Source of the DNA: Pristiophorus japonicus
Lineage: Eukaryota
Assembly (NCBI RefSeq): GCF_044704955.1
Contig: NC_091989.1
Span: 85,622,001 to 85,686,000, forward strand
Direction: 5' to 3'
Length of the DNA stretch: 64,000 bases
Part shown: positions 1 through 11,818 of the stretch, piece after piece
Numbering within the stretch: position 1 is the first letter of the stretch
Layout: the number at the start of each line of letters is the position of its first letter
The notes under the pieces: model-generated
Seen by the model: only the letters and a program-made list of their open reading frames with translations
Told to the model about the DNA's origin: nothing
Databases searched by the model: none
Program-made: the position numbers and the translations under genes

Positions 1-2599
1 ATCCGTTAAAACAGCATAAATCATTAGTAAAGTGGTCATAATAAAAATCTTCTCATCGGGAAAGACAGCATTTTAGGTTAAACTCCAATTTTTTCTTAAC
101 TTCTAACTCAAGTACTTGCCAAAGAATTTTTTTTTTTAATTGATTTAAAATGAGACCACACATTTTTAATAGCTATTTTGTTTACTGAAATTCAATTTTT
201 TTTTTTAAATTTCTCTCTCAGCACAAAATCTAAACTTCTGTGCTGGTTCCATTTTTTCTTTCTGTGCTGAGTTAGCATAGCTTAGATCTTTTCTTCTCGT
301 TATTTTCATACATTCCAACATTTCGGGGTTTTTTTTACGGTCCCGTTCACTGGGCAAATCTTGTGTTTTATTTCTCTCTCAGCACAAAATCTAAACATCC
401 GTGCCAGTTCCATTTTCTATAAGAATTTTAAAATTCAGTAAGATTCCCAGTTTTTTCTTTCTGTGCTGAGTTCGCATAGCTTAGATCTTTTCTCCTCGTT
501 ATCTTCAAAACCCTCCTTCTTGTTTAGACTGTTCGGGTCTTTTCTTGATAAACAACGTCCATTTTGGAAGTCTTTTCAAACTGCAGTGTAATTTAAAATC
601 ATTATCACACTAGAGTATCTTTTACCACTTCCATTTTTTTTCCTTTTCCTAATTAAACCAATATCTTTTTCACAGCAAACATCAACTAGTATTTAGTAGG
701 TTATGTCTTTTTCCATCACAAACACATTTTTTTTCAGCACTTATTTAGTACGTTGCATCTTTTTTTTCAGATCTCCTTTCTTCAAATTAGGTTTTGTATT
801 TTACACAGAGGGCTCGTGACTCCATAAATTTGTTAATTTAAAATCATTTGTTTACTTTCAAAGTGGCGTCTTTATCTTTTTCTTTTCTCCATAACTAGAA
901 TGGAGTCCAGCAATTAGGCTTTGAGGGCTGCTTTTCGTTATTTCAAAATGTTCCAGTTTCAAAGTCGTTAAAATGTCTCTTCTAAACTGCTAAAGCTTGC
1001 TGTTTTTAACATTTTTCAAAAGTCCCTTTTACACCTTCACTAATAGCTCGCCACTCGCCCAGGAGTTTGACCTGATCCCTGAAGTATTTCTAGATTCTTT
1101 CCAAACCTTTTAGTTTTATATCTCCTTTTTTCTTCAAGAGATCAGATTTAATTTAATTTTTTTTTTGAATCCACCTCAGTATTTTGCTGTGCCTTCTCTG
1201 AATATCTCAAAATCCCAATTCAAACTTTGTAATTTCAATCTTTATTTAAAACTTTTTTTTGAGCTAGAAGCTTTTTTTAAAAGGCATTCTTTATCTCATT
1301 CCAAGACGAAATTTATGTCTTTCAAACCAATGTAATCAATCATTGCATGTTTTCATTCGACAAGTAAATGGGTGTGTCAAATAAATTCTTTTTTTTTTTT
1401 CGACCACCGGGACCATGTATTTTTATCTTTTGCTCAACAAACCTATCCTTTGTGCATTTCCTAGCTCAGTAACTTATCATCCGAATAAATCCACACCTGC
1501 GTTTCTAACTTAAAATGTCTTAAAACTTCCCACAGACAGGACAACACTATAAAGGGTTAAAAAAACTTTCACTCTGTTTCGAAAAGTGGGTGGAGCTAAA
1601 ATAAACACAGTTGCATTCCTCTTCCAACCAGGCTTTCGGAAACATGAAAACATAAAAACATTCATTCCGCAGTCAAAAAATCACACAAGGACTCTCAACG
1701 ACAGACATTCACAAAAATCTCTCTTCATTCAACAAAGCTTATTAATTTTTTTTTTTGGCCAGCTCTATTCCTGGATCCATACTTCACTTAAGATAATCAC
1801 TATCAGGTTTTTTTAAATTTCTTACATATTGATTTACTTCCTCTGTTAGTTTTACGTGGGCTCGCAGTATCAAAACTACAGCCGTTTCCTCTTTGTCTAT
1901 CTTTTCCTTCTCCCACCATTCCCTTTGATTCACTGGCAGGTTTGAGGATCCCACCCTGCTCTAATCATTTTCTCGATTAGTTTATTTTGTTTTTCCGCCA
2001 GGTGGCGGGTAAGGGACCCTTCTGGTCCCCACTTGTGGTTACTTGTTTCCGTGGCCATTCCTGGGTAGGACTAGAACCGTTAGTAATCTACTCTCAGAGG
2101 TCCGCTTTCTATGTAGCGTAACTTGTATCGACCATCTCCTGGCTGCTGTCAGGTTACAAGTTCTGCTGTTACACAAACTTATACAATTCTTAAAACGCGT
2201 TTAAGCAATTCCCCCAGTGCTCCTTAACGACTACCTACCACCGCTCTGCCCGTTGGTCCGACCCTGTTCACAGGTTTGGATTCCATTAGCCGCTGTACAC
2301 CGCTTGGTTCCACCCCGGAGTATATTTCAAATAACACTACTGGGTCCGGAAGATGTCTTTCGGTATCACGATCCCACGGTCCAAGTGTGTTCCGGGCACC
2401 TACTTAGTTCCTGGCCGTCACGTGGGATTAAAGTCCTCTTAATTCAGGCTCAGGCTAGGTGTTTGAGATATTGGACCATCTCCTCGTGTCGATCAACCAG
2501 CATCCACCTTCCGCACCCGTTATAAAATTTTGTTTAAGGTGTACTCACCCAGTTTCTCCAGGAGTGTCAGCGACCCTGAAATCCTGTTCGTGACGCCAC
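1..2599 (-). mobile_element. Internal region (leader plus decayed 5' ORF) of an LTR retroelement/ERV, running off the window start
   Basis: Lies directly downstream of an LTR and PBS on the minus strand. Splice-donor-like GG|GTGAGT at ~2542-2550. Lys/Glu-rich minus-strand frames are interrupted by stops. No gag/pol motif recognised, so the class is unassigned. Confidence 0.7.
2581..2598 (-). promoter_or_regulatory. Primer-binding site for tRNA-Ser(CGA)
   Basis: Plus strand reads ATCCTGTTCGTGACGCCA, which is the 3' 18 nt (with CCA) of a vertebrate tRNA-Ser(CGA) as recalled from memory. On the minus strand it begins TGG, 1 nt after the LTR's terminal CA. Confidence 0.8.
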
Positions 2600-3228
2600 T
2601 GTTAGCGTGAATGTTTTTCGGAAGAATCACTCAACACTCAGAGTCGGTTCCAACGCCAATGCGGCCTTTATTTTCGCTAGCGAGGAGGAAGCCTCAGGAC
2701 TGGATCCAGGCACTTCTCTCCGACGAACAAAGAAACTCATCGATATTTATATGTTTTACAATAGTTCTTTACAGTTACTCAGCCCACTTCGGCTGGACAC
2801 AATCCAATCATACCGATTATAGATTACATATAGGTTTCTTTAACCCAATAGAATTCTTCTGATATCTCAGGGGCTGCATGTTCGGTTTTTGTCAGCTCGG
2901 GCTGATTACTGACCTTGTTATGTGAGGCAGGTCCCCCCCCCCCTTATCTTTGTTCCTCGGGGCTCGGCTGTGTGAAGTCACTGATTATATCAGTGTACTA
3001 TAATGGTTCGTTATAATTATCTTGTATCCAAGGCATTCCTGCTACTGGGCCTCACTAGGTCATTGCTCGGTCAGCCCCAGTTCATTACTTGACTAACTGA
3101 GTACCCATCATGCTTGGGCAGCCATTTTATATGTGGCCACTTTAAACTTATATGAGTTTAGATATATTCAGCAAGTGCCTAATGCCTAGTGTTTTGATAT
3201 ATTCAGCAGGTGCCTAATGCCTAGAACA
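2600..3228 (-). mobile_element. 5' LTR (~629 bp)
   Basis: Minus strand starts TGTT (3228) and ends AACA (2600). TATAAA at 2751-2746, AATAAA at 2672-2667, adjacent PBS, and a U3 tandem repeat. Confidence 0.75.
3161..3224. repeat. 29-bp direct repeat (period 35) in LTR U3, containing an E-box
   Basis: GATATATTCAGCA(A/G)GTGCCTAATGCCTAG at 3161-3189 and 3196-3224, one mismatch. Confidence 0.85.
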
Positions 3229-4694
3229 TAGACCAATAGCCCTGTATGATAAATATTTTTAAAAAACAGAAAATAACAATCCTTTGCTCCTGCAGAATAG
3301 TGGATACATAAGTACGATATCTCAATATGGAAAGGATGTAAAGCATTGATTACAGATCAGCATAAGGATCTTTGGAGCAAAATGTTCTGCCATGTCAATA
3401 TATTACAAACAAATCCATCAATAATATAATGCTCTGTAAAGTATGTTAAAGTGTTTTATTTCTTCATTGGTAATACATGTACCGAATTTCTCGATCGATC
3501 TGTTGGTTCTCCAGTTTCTTTAAACTTGTCCAGAATTAATCAAAACGTTCAGGTTTGCTGTCAGTATCAGTGTAACAATTCAATAGCTCACTTGAACTTT
3601 GTAAAGTAACTGTAATTTTGCTTTCAGAGCCGTATCTACCAGATTCATATCAAATAAATTGAGAAACATCAGAATCATCGTATTGAAACTGCGTTCTTCA
3701 GTCCAAACAATTTGTGGATTACACTGACAAAACGAAACAGTCTATCTTAACATGAACACTTACAATTTATTTTAATATGAACACTTACATTTTGGTTATG
3801 CTGCCCTCTTCCTAATAAATAATGCTGTTGTAAATCTAACACCATTAGCCAAGATATAATTGGAAATAATAGCCTTTTTTGTTTAACTTTAAGCTTTCTG
3901 CAGTTACTCGCAATGCCCAGAGGCATCACTCTTTTGGTCTTTGTATTCCGCATAGTTGTGTCTGGCAGTGCTTCAAGGAACAACTACATGCCTGGTAATT
4001 TCTCAGGATTTCTTTGGAACTTCCGTAGCATTGATGGCAGATGTCTCGAATTCCGCACAGAAACCCTGTGAATTGACCATTTACATGGTTTCTCCAGTGT
4101 TTGCATTTAAATTAACAGAGAGTGTGGATAGCCGCAAAATCTTGCTGATCAAATTTCAAAGCACTGCCCCATTAATTTTCATGTATCTCATGTTGTTAAT
4201 AGTAGGAACTAAGGGTGGATAGATGTCCTTCTTCACCACTTGGTTATTTTTATATTAACAAGTTCCTGGAACATTTCTTTTGCACCGTCAGAACCTACTC
4301 AATATCATTTCCAATAATTTCAATGGAAGGGTTAACTGGTGGGTCCAGTTTAAGGCAATCCCTGGCGTCGATATTTTCCTTTCGGTGCTCTGTTCTGTGG
4401 AAACTTAACTTTAGGGTGGTAAATACACGTAAGTCGCTATCCCATCATTTAAAGATTTAAATAACAATGAAAATCGCATTATCAGCAGTACTTGCTCTAC
4501 CTTAAGACCTGCAATAGTCATCGAATAAGGTAAAGGAGAAATATGAGTGACAAATGTTGCCTGCGCTTTCGAAGCCATTTGCTCAATGTTCATAGAAGCC
4601 TACGTTAAAGAATAAGGCACTCGGCCCGTACTGGCACTGGCGGCTACTGATTTCAGATATCCAATTAATCACACTTCCTAATGTTTCATCCATG

Positions 4695-4849
4695 GTGGTC
4701 ACTGAGGCGTGAGTCCGGGGTCGGCGAGAGGCCTACAAAAGGCCGCGAGAGGCAGCGGGAGTTTGTGGTCGCTGAGGCGTGAGTCCGGGGTCGGCGAGAG
4801 GCCTACAAAAGGTCGCGAGAGGCAGCGGGAGTTCGTGGTCGCTGAGGCG
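4695..4849 (+). repeat. 70-bp tandem monomers at the CR1 5' end (2 copies plus a partial)
   Basis: GTGGTC(A/G)CTGAGGCGTGAGTCCGGGGTCGGCGAGAGGCCTACAAAAGG... starts at 4695, 4765 and 4835. Confidence 0.9.
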
Positions 4850-5038
4850 AGAGGCGTACTTGTGCAGCTACAGTGAGAAGGCAAAAAAGAAGTAGAAAGA
4901 AACAGAAAGGTGACGTCACAGCCTAGGTGATAAGTGATTGGCTGGTGATTGGTGAGTAGTTTTTCTTTTTCTTTTTTATATTAGTCAGTAACTTTTAACA
5001 TTGTTGTTGCCAATTTAAGTGTATCTAAGGGTTAAGTC

Positions 5039-5978
5039 ATGGCAGGAGAGCTCGGTCGGGTGTTATGCTCCTCCTGTACCATGTGCGAACTCAGGGACAC
5101 TTCCGGTGTCTCTGACGACTACGTGTGCGGGAAGTGTATCCGCCTCGAGCTCCTGACGGTCCGCGTTGCGTAATTGGAGCTGAGGGTGGATTCACTCTGG
5201 AGCATCCACGATGCTGAGAATGACATGAGTATCACGTGTAGTGAGTTGGTCTTGCCACAGGAGAAGGGTCCACAGCCAGATAGGGAATGGAAGACCAGCA
5301 GGAAGAGTAGTGCAAGGAAGGTAGTGCAGGGGTGCCGTGTGGTCATCCCACTGCAAAACAGGGGGATGACCACAGCTTTCAGTACTGTTGGGGGGGGATG
5401 ACTCATCAGGGGAGGGCAGCAGCAGCCAAGTTCATGGCACCGTGGCTGGCTCTGCTGCAAAGGAGGGCAGGAAAAAGAGTGGGAGCGCGATAGTGATAGG
5501 GGATTCAATGGTGAGGGGAATAGATAGGCGTTTCTGCGGCTGCAACCGAGACTCCAGGATGGTATGTTGCCTCCCTGGTGCAATGGTCAAGGATGTCTCG
5601 GAGCGGGTGCAGGACATTCTGAAATGGGAGGGAGAACAGCCAGTTGTCGTGGTGCACATTGGTACCAACGACATAGGTAAAAAAAAGGGATGAGGTCCTA
5701 CGAAACGAATTTAAGGAGCTAGGAGCTAAATTAAAAAGTAGGACCTCAAAAGTAGTAATCTCGGGATTGCTTCCAGTGCCACGTGCTAGTCAGAGTAGGA
5801 ATCGCAGGATAGCGCAGATGACTGGTGCAGCAGGTAGCGATTCAAATTCCTGGGGCATTGGAACCGGTTCTGGGGGAGGTGGGACCAGTAAAAACCGGAT
5901 GGTCTGCACCTGGGCAGGACCAGAACTGATGTCCTAGGGGGAGTGTTTACTCGTGCTGTTGGGGAGGAGTTAAACTAA
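5039..5978 (+). pseudogene. CR1 ORF1 (CxxC..CxxC zinc finger, leucine zipper, SGNH esterase-like), disrupted
   Basis: ATG at 5039 gives MAGELGRVLCSSC...YVCGKC. VIGDSMVRG and VHIGTND motifs occur in ORF 5388-5693. In-frame TAA at 5171 and frameshifts. Confidence 0.9.
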
Positions 5979-6055
5979 TATGGCAGGGGGATGGGAACCA
6001 ATGCAGGGAAACGGAGGGAGACAAAAAGGAGGCAAAAGCAAAAGACAGAAAGGAG

Positions 6056-8960
6056 ATGAGGAAAAGTGGAGGGCAGAGAAACCCAAGGCAAAGAACAAAA
6101 AGGGCCACTGTACAGCAAAATTCTAAAAGGACAAATGGTGTTAAAAAAACAAGCCTGAAGGCTTTGTGTCTTAAAGCAAGGAGTATCCACAATAAAGTGG
6201 ATGAATTAACTGTGCAAATAGATGTTAACAAATATGATGTGATTGGGATTACGGAGACGTGGTTCCAGGATGATCAGGGCTGGGAACTCAACATCCAAGG
6301 GTATTCAACATTCAGGAAGGATAGAATAAAAGGAAAAGGAGGTGGGGTAGCATTGCTGGTTAAAGAAGAGATTAATGCAATAGTTAGGAAAGACATTAGC
6401 TTGGATGATGTTGAATCTATATCGGTATAGCTGCAGAACATCCAAGGGCAAAAAACGTTAGTGGGAGTTGTGTACAGACCTCCAAACAGTAGTAGTGATG
6501 TTGGGGAGGGCATCAAACAGGAAATTAGGGGTGCATGCAATAAAGGTGCAGCAGTTATAATGGGTGACTTTAATATGCACGTAGATTGGGCTAGCCAAAC
6601 TGGAAGCAATACGATGGAGGAGGATATCCTGGAGTGCATAACGGATGGTTTTCTAGACCAATATGTCGAGGAATCAACTAGGAGGGAGGCCATCTTAGAC
6701 TGGGTGTTTTATAATGAGAGAGGATTAATTCGCAATCTCATTGTGCGAGGCCCCTTGGGGAAGAGTGACCATAATATGTTGGAATTCTGCATTAGGATGG
6801 AGAATGAAACAGTTAATTCAGAGACCATGGTCCAGAACTTAAAGAAGGGTAACTTTGAAGGTATGAGGCGTGAATTGGCTAGGATAGATTGGCAAATGAT
6901 ACTTAAGGGGTTGACTGTGGATGGGCAATGGCAGACATTTAGAGACCGCATGGATGAATTACAACAATTGTACATTCTTGTCTGGCGTAAAAATAAAAAA
7001 GGGAAGGTGGCTCAACAGTGGCTATCTAGGGAAATCAGGGATAGTAGTAAAGCCAAGGAAGTGGCATACAAATTGGCCAGAAATAGCAGCAAACCCGGGG
7101 ACTGGGAGAAATTTAGAACTCAGCAGAGGAGGACAAAGGGTTTGATTAGGGCAGGGAAAATGGAGTACGAGAAGAAGCTTGCAGGGAACATTAAGGCGGA
7201 TTGCAAAAGTTCCTATTGGTATGTAAAGAGAAAAAGGTTAGTAAAGACAAACGTAGGTCCCCTGCAGTCAGAATCAGGGGAAGTCATAACGGGGAACAAA
7301 GAAATGGCAGACCAATTGAACAAGTACTTTGGTTCGGTATTCACTAAGGAGGACACAAACAACCTTCCGGATATAAAAGGGGTCAGAAGGGCTAGTAAGG
7401 AGGAGGAACTGAGGGAAATCTTTATTAGTCGGGAAATTGTGTTGGGGAAATTGATGGGATTGAAGGCCGATAAATCCCCAGGGCCTGATAGACTGCATCC
7501 CAGAGTACTTAAGGAGGTGACATTGGAAATAGCGGATGCATTGACAGTCATTTTCCAACATTCCATTGACTCTGGGTCAGTTCCTATCGCGTGGAGGGTA
7601 GCCAATGTAACCCCACTTTTTAAAAAAGGAGGGAGAGAGAAAACAAGGAATTATAGACCGGTCAGCCTGACATCGGTTGTGGGTAAGATGATGGAATCAA
7701 TTATTAAGGATATCATAGCAGCGCATTTGGAAAGAAATGACATGATGGGTCCAAGTCAGCATGGATTTGTGAAAGGGAAATCATGCTTGCCAAATCTTCT
7801 GGAATTTTTGAGGATGTTTCCAGTAGAGTGGACAAGGGAGAACCCGTTGATGTGGTATATTTGGACTTTCAGAAGGCTTTTGACAAGGTCCCAGACAAGA
7901 GATTAATGTGCAAAGTTAAAGCACATGGGATTAGGGGTAGTGTGCTGATGTGGATTGAGAACTGGTTGTCAGACAGGAAGCAAATAGTAGAAGTAAATGG
8001 GTACTTTTCAGAATGGCAGGCAGTGACTAGTGGCGTACCGCAAGGTTCTGTGGTGGGGCCCCAGCTGTTTACATTGTACATTAATGATTTAGACGAGGGG
8101 ATTAAATGTAGTATCACCAAATTTGCGGTTGACACTAAGTTGGGTGGCAGTGTGAGCTGCGAGGAGGATGCTATGAGGCTGCAGAGTGACTTGGATAGGT
8201 TAGGTGAGTGGGCAAATTAATGGCAGATGAAGTATAATGTGGATAAATGTGAGGTTATCCACTTTGGTGGTAAAAACAGAGAGACAGACTATCACCTGAA
8301 TGGTGACAGATTAGGAAAAGGGAAGGTGCAAAGAGACCTGGTTGTCATGGCACATCAGTCATTGAAGGTTGGCATGCAGGTGCAGCAGGCGGTTAAGAAA
8401 GCAAATGGCATGTTGGCCTTCATAGCGAGGGGATTTGAGTACAGGGGCAGGGATGTGTTGCTACAGTTGTACAGGGCCTTGATGAGGCACACCTGCAGTA
8501 TTGTGTACAGTTTTGGTCTCCTAACTTGAGGAAGGACATTCTTGCTATTGAGGGAGTGCAGCAAAGATTCACCAGAATGATTCCCGGGATGGTGGGACTG
8601 ACCTATCAAGACAGACTGGATCAACTGGGCTTGTATTCACTGGAGTTCAGAAGAATGAGAGGGGACCTCATAGAAACGTTTAAAATTCTCTCGGGTTTAG
8701 ACAGGTTAGATGCAGGAAGAATGTTCCCAATGTTGGGGAAGTCCAGAACCAGGGGTCACAGTCTAAGGATAAGGGGTAAGCCATTTAGGACCGAGATGAG
8801 GAGAAACTTCTTCACCCAGAGAGTGGTGAACCTGTGGAATTCTCTACCACAGAAAGTAGTTGAGGCCAATTCACTAAATATATTCAAAAGGGAGTTAGAT
8901 GAAGTCCTTACTACTCGGGGGATCAAGGGGTATGGCAAGAAAGGAGGAAGGGGGTACTGA
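6056..8960 (+). pseudogene. CR1 ORF2 (APE endonuclease plus reverse transcriptase), disrupted
   Basis: GITETW, GVVYRPP, MGDFN and SDHN (APE); YRPVSLTS, QHGF, YLDFQKAFDKV and GVPQGSV (RT). Split across ORFs starting at 6056, 6461, 7783, 8227 and 8526. Confidence 0.95.
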
Positions 8961-9064
8961 AGTTTCATGTTCAGCCATGAACTCATTGAATGGCGGTGCA
9001 GGCTAGAAGGGCTGAATGGCCTGCTCCTGCACCTATTTTCTATGTTTCTATACTTCTGCAAACT

Positions 9065-9680
9065 TTCCTTTGGACGTATATATATATATATATAAATAAA
9101 TATTCCCTTTTGAAATTTATTGTTAGTAGTCTCCATCAGGCAATGCATTGTAGAATATAAAAAACTATTGCATAAAAAATATTTATCTCCCCTCTCGTGC
9201 TTTGGCCAATTATTCTAAAGCTGTGTCTTCTAGTTACCGATAATCCCACTGGTGTAACCTGTTCATCATTATTAACTTTAACATAACCACTCATAATGTT
9301 GAACACCTCGGTTAAATCACCCTGAATCGTATCTGCAGAGGAAAAACATCGTAGCTTATCTTGCCTGCAGATAATTTCAGTTCCTGATCACTGGTGTAAT
9401 TCTGGTAATTCTCCTCTATATCCTTTCCAAGGTCTTAGCATTCTTTCTAAAGTGCAGTGCCCAGAATTTACCACAATACTCCATAAAGTACTTAATTGGA
9501 TGTAAAGCGCTTTGAGACGTCCAGTAATCGTGAAAGGCGTTATATAAATCCAAGTCTTTATTTTTCCATATGAGGCATAACCAGTGATTTATAAAGGATA
9601 TATAACATTTCTCTGCTCTGTTACGCTATGCTTCTATTTAAAATGCCATGGGTCCAGCATGCTTCATTAGGAACAGGTCA
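9065..9680 (-). mobile_element. Old CR1-like 3' fragment, interrupted by an L2-type SINE 3' tail (+, ~9487-9565)
   Basis: Degenerate similarity to the other reversed CR1 3' ends (e.g. ~57700-58200). The tail reads TGTAAAGCGCTTTGAGACG...GAAAGGCGTTATATAAAT. Confidence 0.5.
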
Positions 9681-10589
9681 CGTCTGACACAGCAGGCATA
9701 GTTCAGAAGCAACTGCAATTATGTTTTTTAAATATTACTGCCTCTAATTAAATGGGCATTTAATTTTAATGACATTTTCTAGAGATGCGCTGCTCATAAA
9801 AACATTGCACCAACAACTTCTGCAGTAACATCAGTAGGATATCGGCGGAATCCTCCGTGACATAATCTTGGCTCATTTTCTTCTCAGGATACCGTTATTA
9901 AACGACTTTATTATCTAACCGTAACTAAAACAACTACAATTTAAACAGTAAATAAAAGTTTCATTGTAGCATAATTGAAACAATTTTCGGCAGCTTTCTC
10001 GCACGCAGGTATCAGCTGGAATACACGCATTTCTGCCATGTATCCATCCGCTTGCTTCGCATTCTGGTTTATTTGGACTTATATTACATTGTTGATCTCA
10101 CACGCATCTATGGGCTGTGTGAAACGAGGCCGCGACGAAAAGATTGATAAGCAGGCTACAAATTGTTTATATCGACCAGTAAAGAGCTTTCTGCGTTCTT
10201 CCCCATCTACTTGTGAAAATTCCCACTCCAGCACTTATTATTAAAAGAGCAGCGAGCCTGTGGCAGTGAAGCCTGTCATATAACAGTAAAAGGGATGAAT
10301 GCCATTTGAATAAAGTAAATCAATTAACACGTCATCGTAGCAGATAAAATGATGTCACACCAACACATTGAAGCAAATATTTCCTATTCAATGTACACTG
10401 TAAATATATTAAGTGCCAATACCTGGTTGATCTGTATTTCAGCTTTGTGGACCGACGTTATAGGCAGGAGAGAGTTCACACTCTTTTTACTCAGAGATCT
10501 ATTGTCAATGATCAACGTATTTCGCAGTACGGTCTGACATTGACATTGATGTGTGCTTGTAATTTCCACCTTCCTGTGTATAGGATACC

Positions 10590-10797
10590 AGCAAATGACT
10601 ATAGGTTACAATCATGCCCGTCTGGTGGTTGGTATGCAACTGTCACTCCCCGTTAAGATAATTCACGCACAGGCATCTTCCACCCTTGAAGATGTAGCTC
10701 GTGACCTGGAATATAAGGTCCCTTATTGAAACACCCGTGAACTCATCTTTTTTTTGGTGTCGAACCGGTCATCCTCGACACAAGAGACTGCCTAATA
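10590..10797 (+). mobile_element. 3' part of a SINE-like repeat (same family as 50750-51316)
   Basis: Shares CAGGCATCTTCCACCC...TGGAATAT.AGGTCC...ATTGAAACACC...GTCATCCTCG...ACTGCCTA with 51170-51305. Confidence 0.75.
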
Positions 10798-11284
10798 TCT
10801 ATAGGTACTCACATTTGTAAAAGTAATTTGAAAACAACTTAAACCTCTGCAAGTTCATTGCCATACCTTTTGTTTTCTTTGCTTTTTACGATGGTTTAGC
10901 TTGGGATAAAATCATTTTTGCAATTAAATGTTCCATCTTAAATCAACAACTGGTCCAATGAACGTTAGGATTCATCAGTAAAAATTAATTATTAAAATTA
11001 TGAATTCGAAGTGATCAATATAGTCCACATCATCTTGCACTTAGATTTCTAAAAGGGATCCGAAAATTATTTTGAACCTCTGTAGATTCATTGCAACTGC
11101 CTTACAATATATCTCTGACAAGAGCAAAGCTTATTCATGTAATTATGGGCGTCGGTAATGTACTGCGTCATCATGAGCATTTTTAGTCATGTACATCTTG
11201 ATAACCTGTCCCAGTCTTTGTTATCGATGGGACAGCGCTAGGCATTTCGTTTATCTAAAAACAAGGAATGTACATCTAACTAAG

Positions 11285-11293
11285 GAGGAAGTG
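11285..11293 (+). promoter_or_regulatory. Candidate ETS/PU.1 site in the receptor promoter
   Basis: GAGGAAGTG about 115 bp upstream of the leader ATG; motif match only. Confidence 0.3.
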
Positions 11294-11404
11294 GAATTTT
11301 GAACGGTCGAAATATGTAACGTTCACGTCATCGGTACTTAACAGATTATTTCACTCGAATTTTCAGTAATTCCATTCTCATTGTCCAAAAGTGATCTTGC
11401 CGAC

Positions 11405-11459
11405 ATGGATTTGGGTGATGTTCTGCGGCGCATGTTGGTCCTGGACATGGTTTTTCTAT
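11405..11459 (+). CDS. Exon 1, signal peptide MDLGDVLRRMLVLDMVFL
   Basis: ATG at 11405 (alternative 11432). Phase-1 donor T|GTAAAA joins the V exon in frame (...VFLFVLRTSSKVTQ). Confidence 0.6.
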
Positions 11460-11818
11460 GTAAAAAGTCGTGTTTGTTATACATCGCCTTTTCTGAACAG
11501 GAAAGCACACGAAGCTAACCTTTACATGTGTTATAATGTTGCTTTTTGGCTATTGCTACATTTTCTGCATTTCATCCGTTTATGTAACTTTTTAAACACA
11601 CGTGTTTCTCAGTGGAATTTACAAAAAAATCTTAACGTATAAATGCGGAACTTAGAGAGCTACTTTAGGGAAGAAACACATTTCCAAGCGCTGAACTACT
11701 CTGACAGTTTTGTACGTGCAATCACTAATATATTAATTAGCTGGGCAGACGGTGGTATTTTGTCAGTAGCTTCCCGTGTATGAATGCTGCAGTCGAGTTT
11801 GGTTTTATTTAATTGCAG

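Larger units (their letters stand above)
4695..9052 (+). mobile_element. Near full-length CR1 LINE, inactivated by stops and frameshifts
   Basis: 5' tandem repeats, ORF1 (zinc finger plus esterase), ORF2 (APE plus RT), and 3' tail CTATTTTCTATGTTTCTAT. Confidence 0.95.

Noticed and set aside
2581-2598. tRNA-Ser gene
   Set aside because: Only the 3' 18 nt including CCA are present, next to an LTR, so this is a PBS and not a tRNA gene.
3296-3660. Possible orphan exons (CTGCAG|3296-3337|GTAAAG and TTTCAG|3629...) of an upstream paralogue
   Set aside because: The peptides are short with no recognisable motif, and the splice-like signals could be chance.
4695-4849. CRISPR-like repeat array
   Set aside because: These are head-to-tail monomers without unique spacers, in a eukaryotic LINE 5' UTR.
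6274-9148. Many antisense ORFs overlapping CR1 ORF2 (here and in other copies)
   Set aside because: They are shadow frames of LINE coding sequence, recurring only because the LINE is repeated.
11391-11642. 83-aa ORF as the receptor N-terminus
   Set aside because: Its frame gives a phase-0 donor incompatible with the V exon; the frame starting at 11405 fits.
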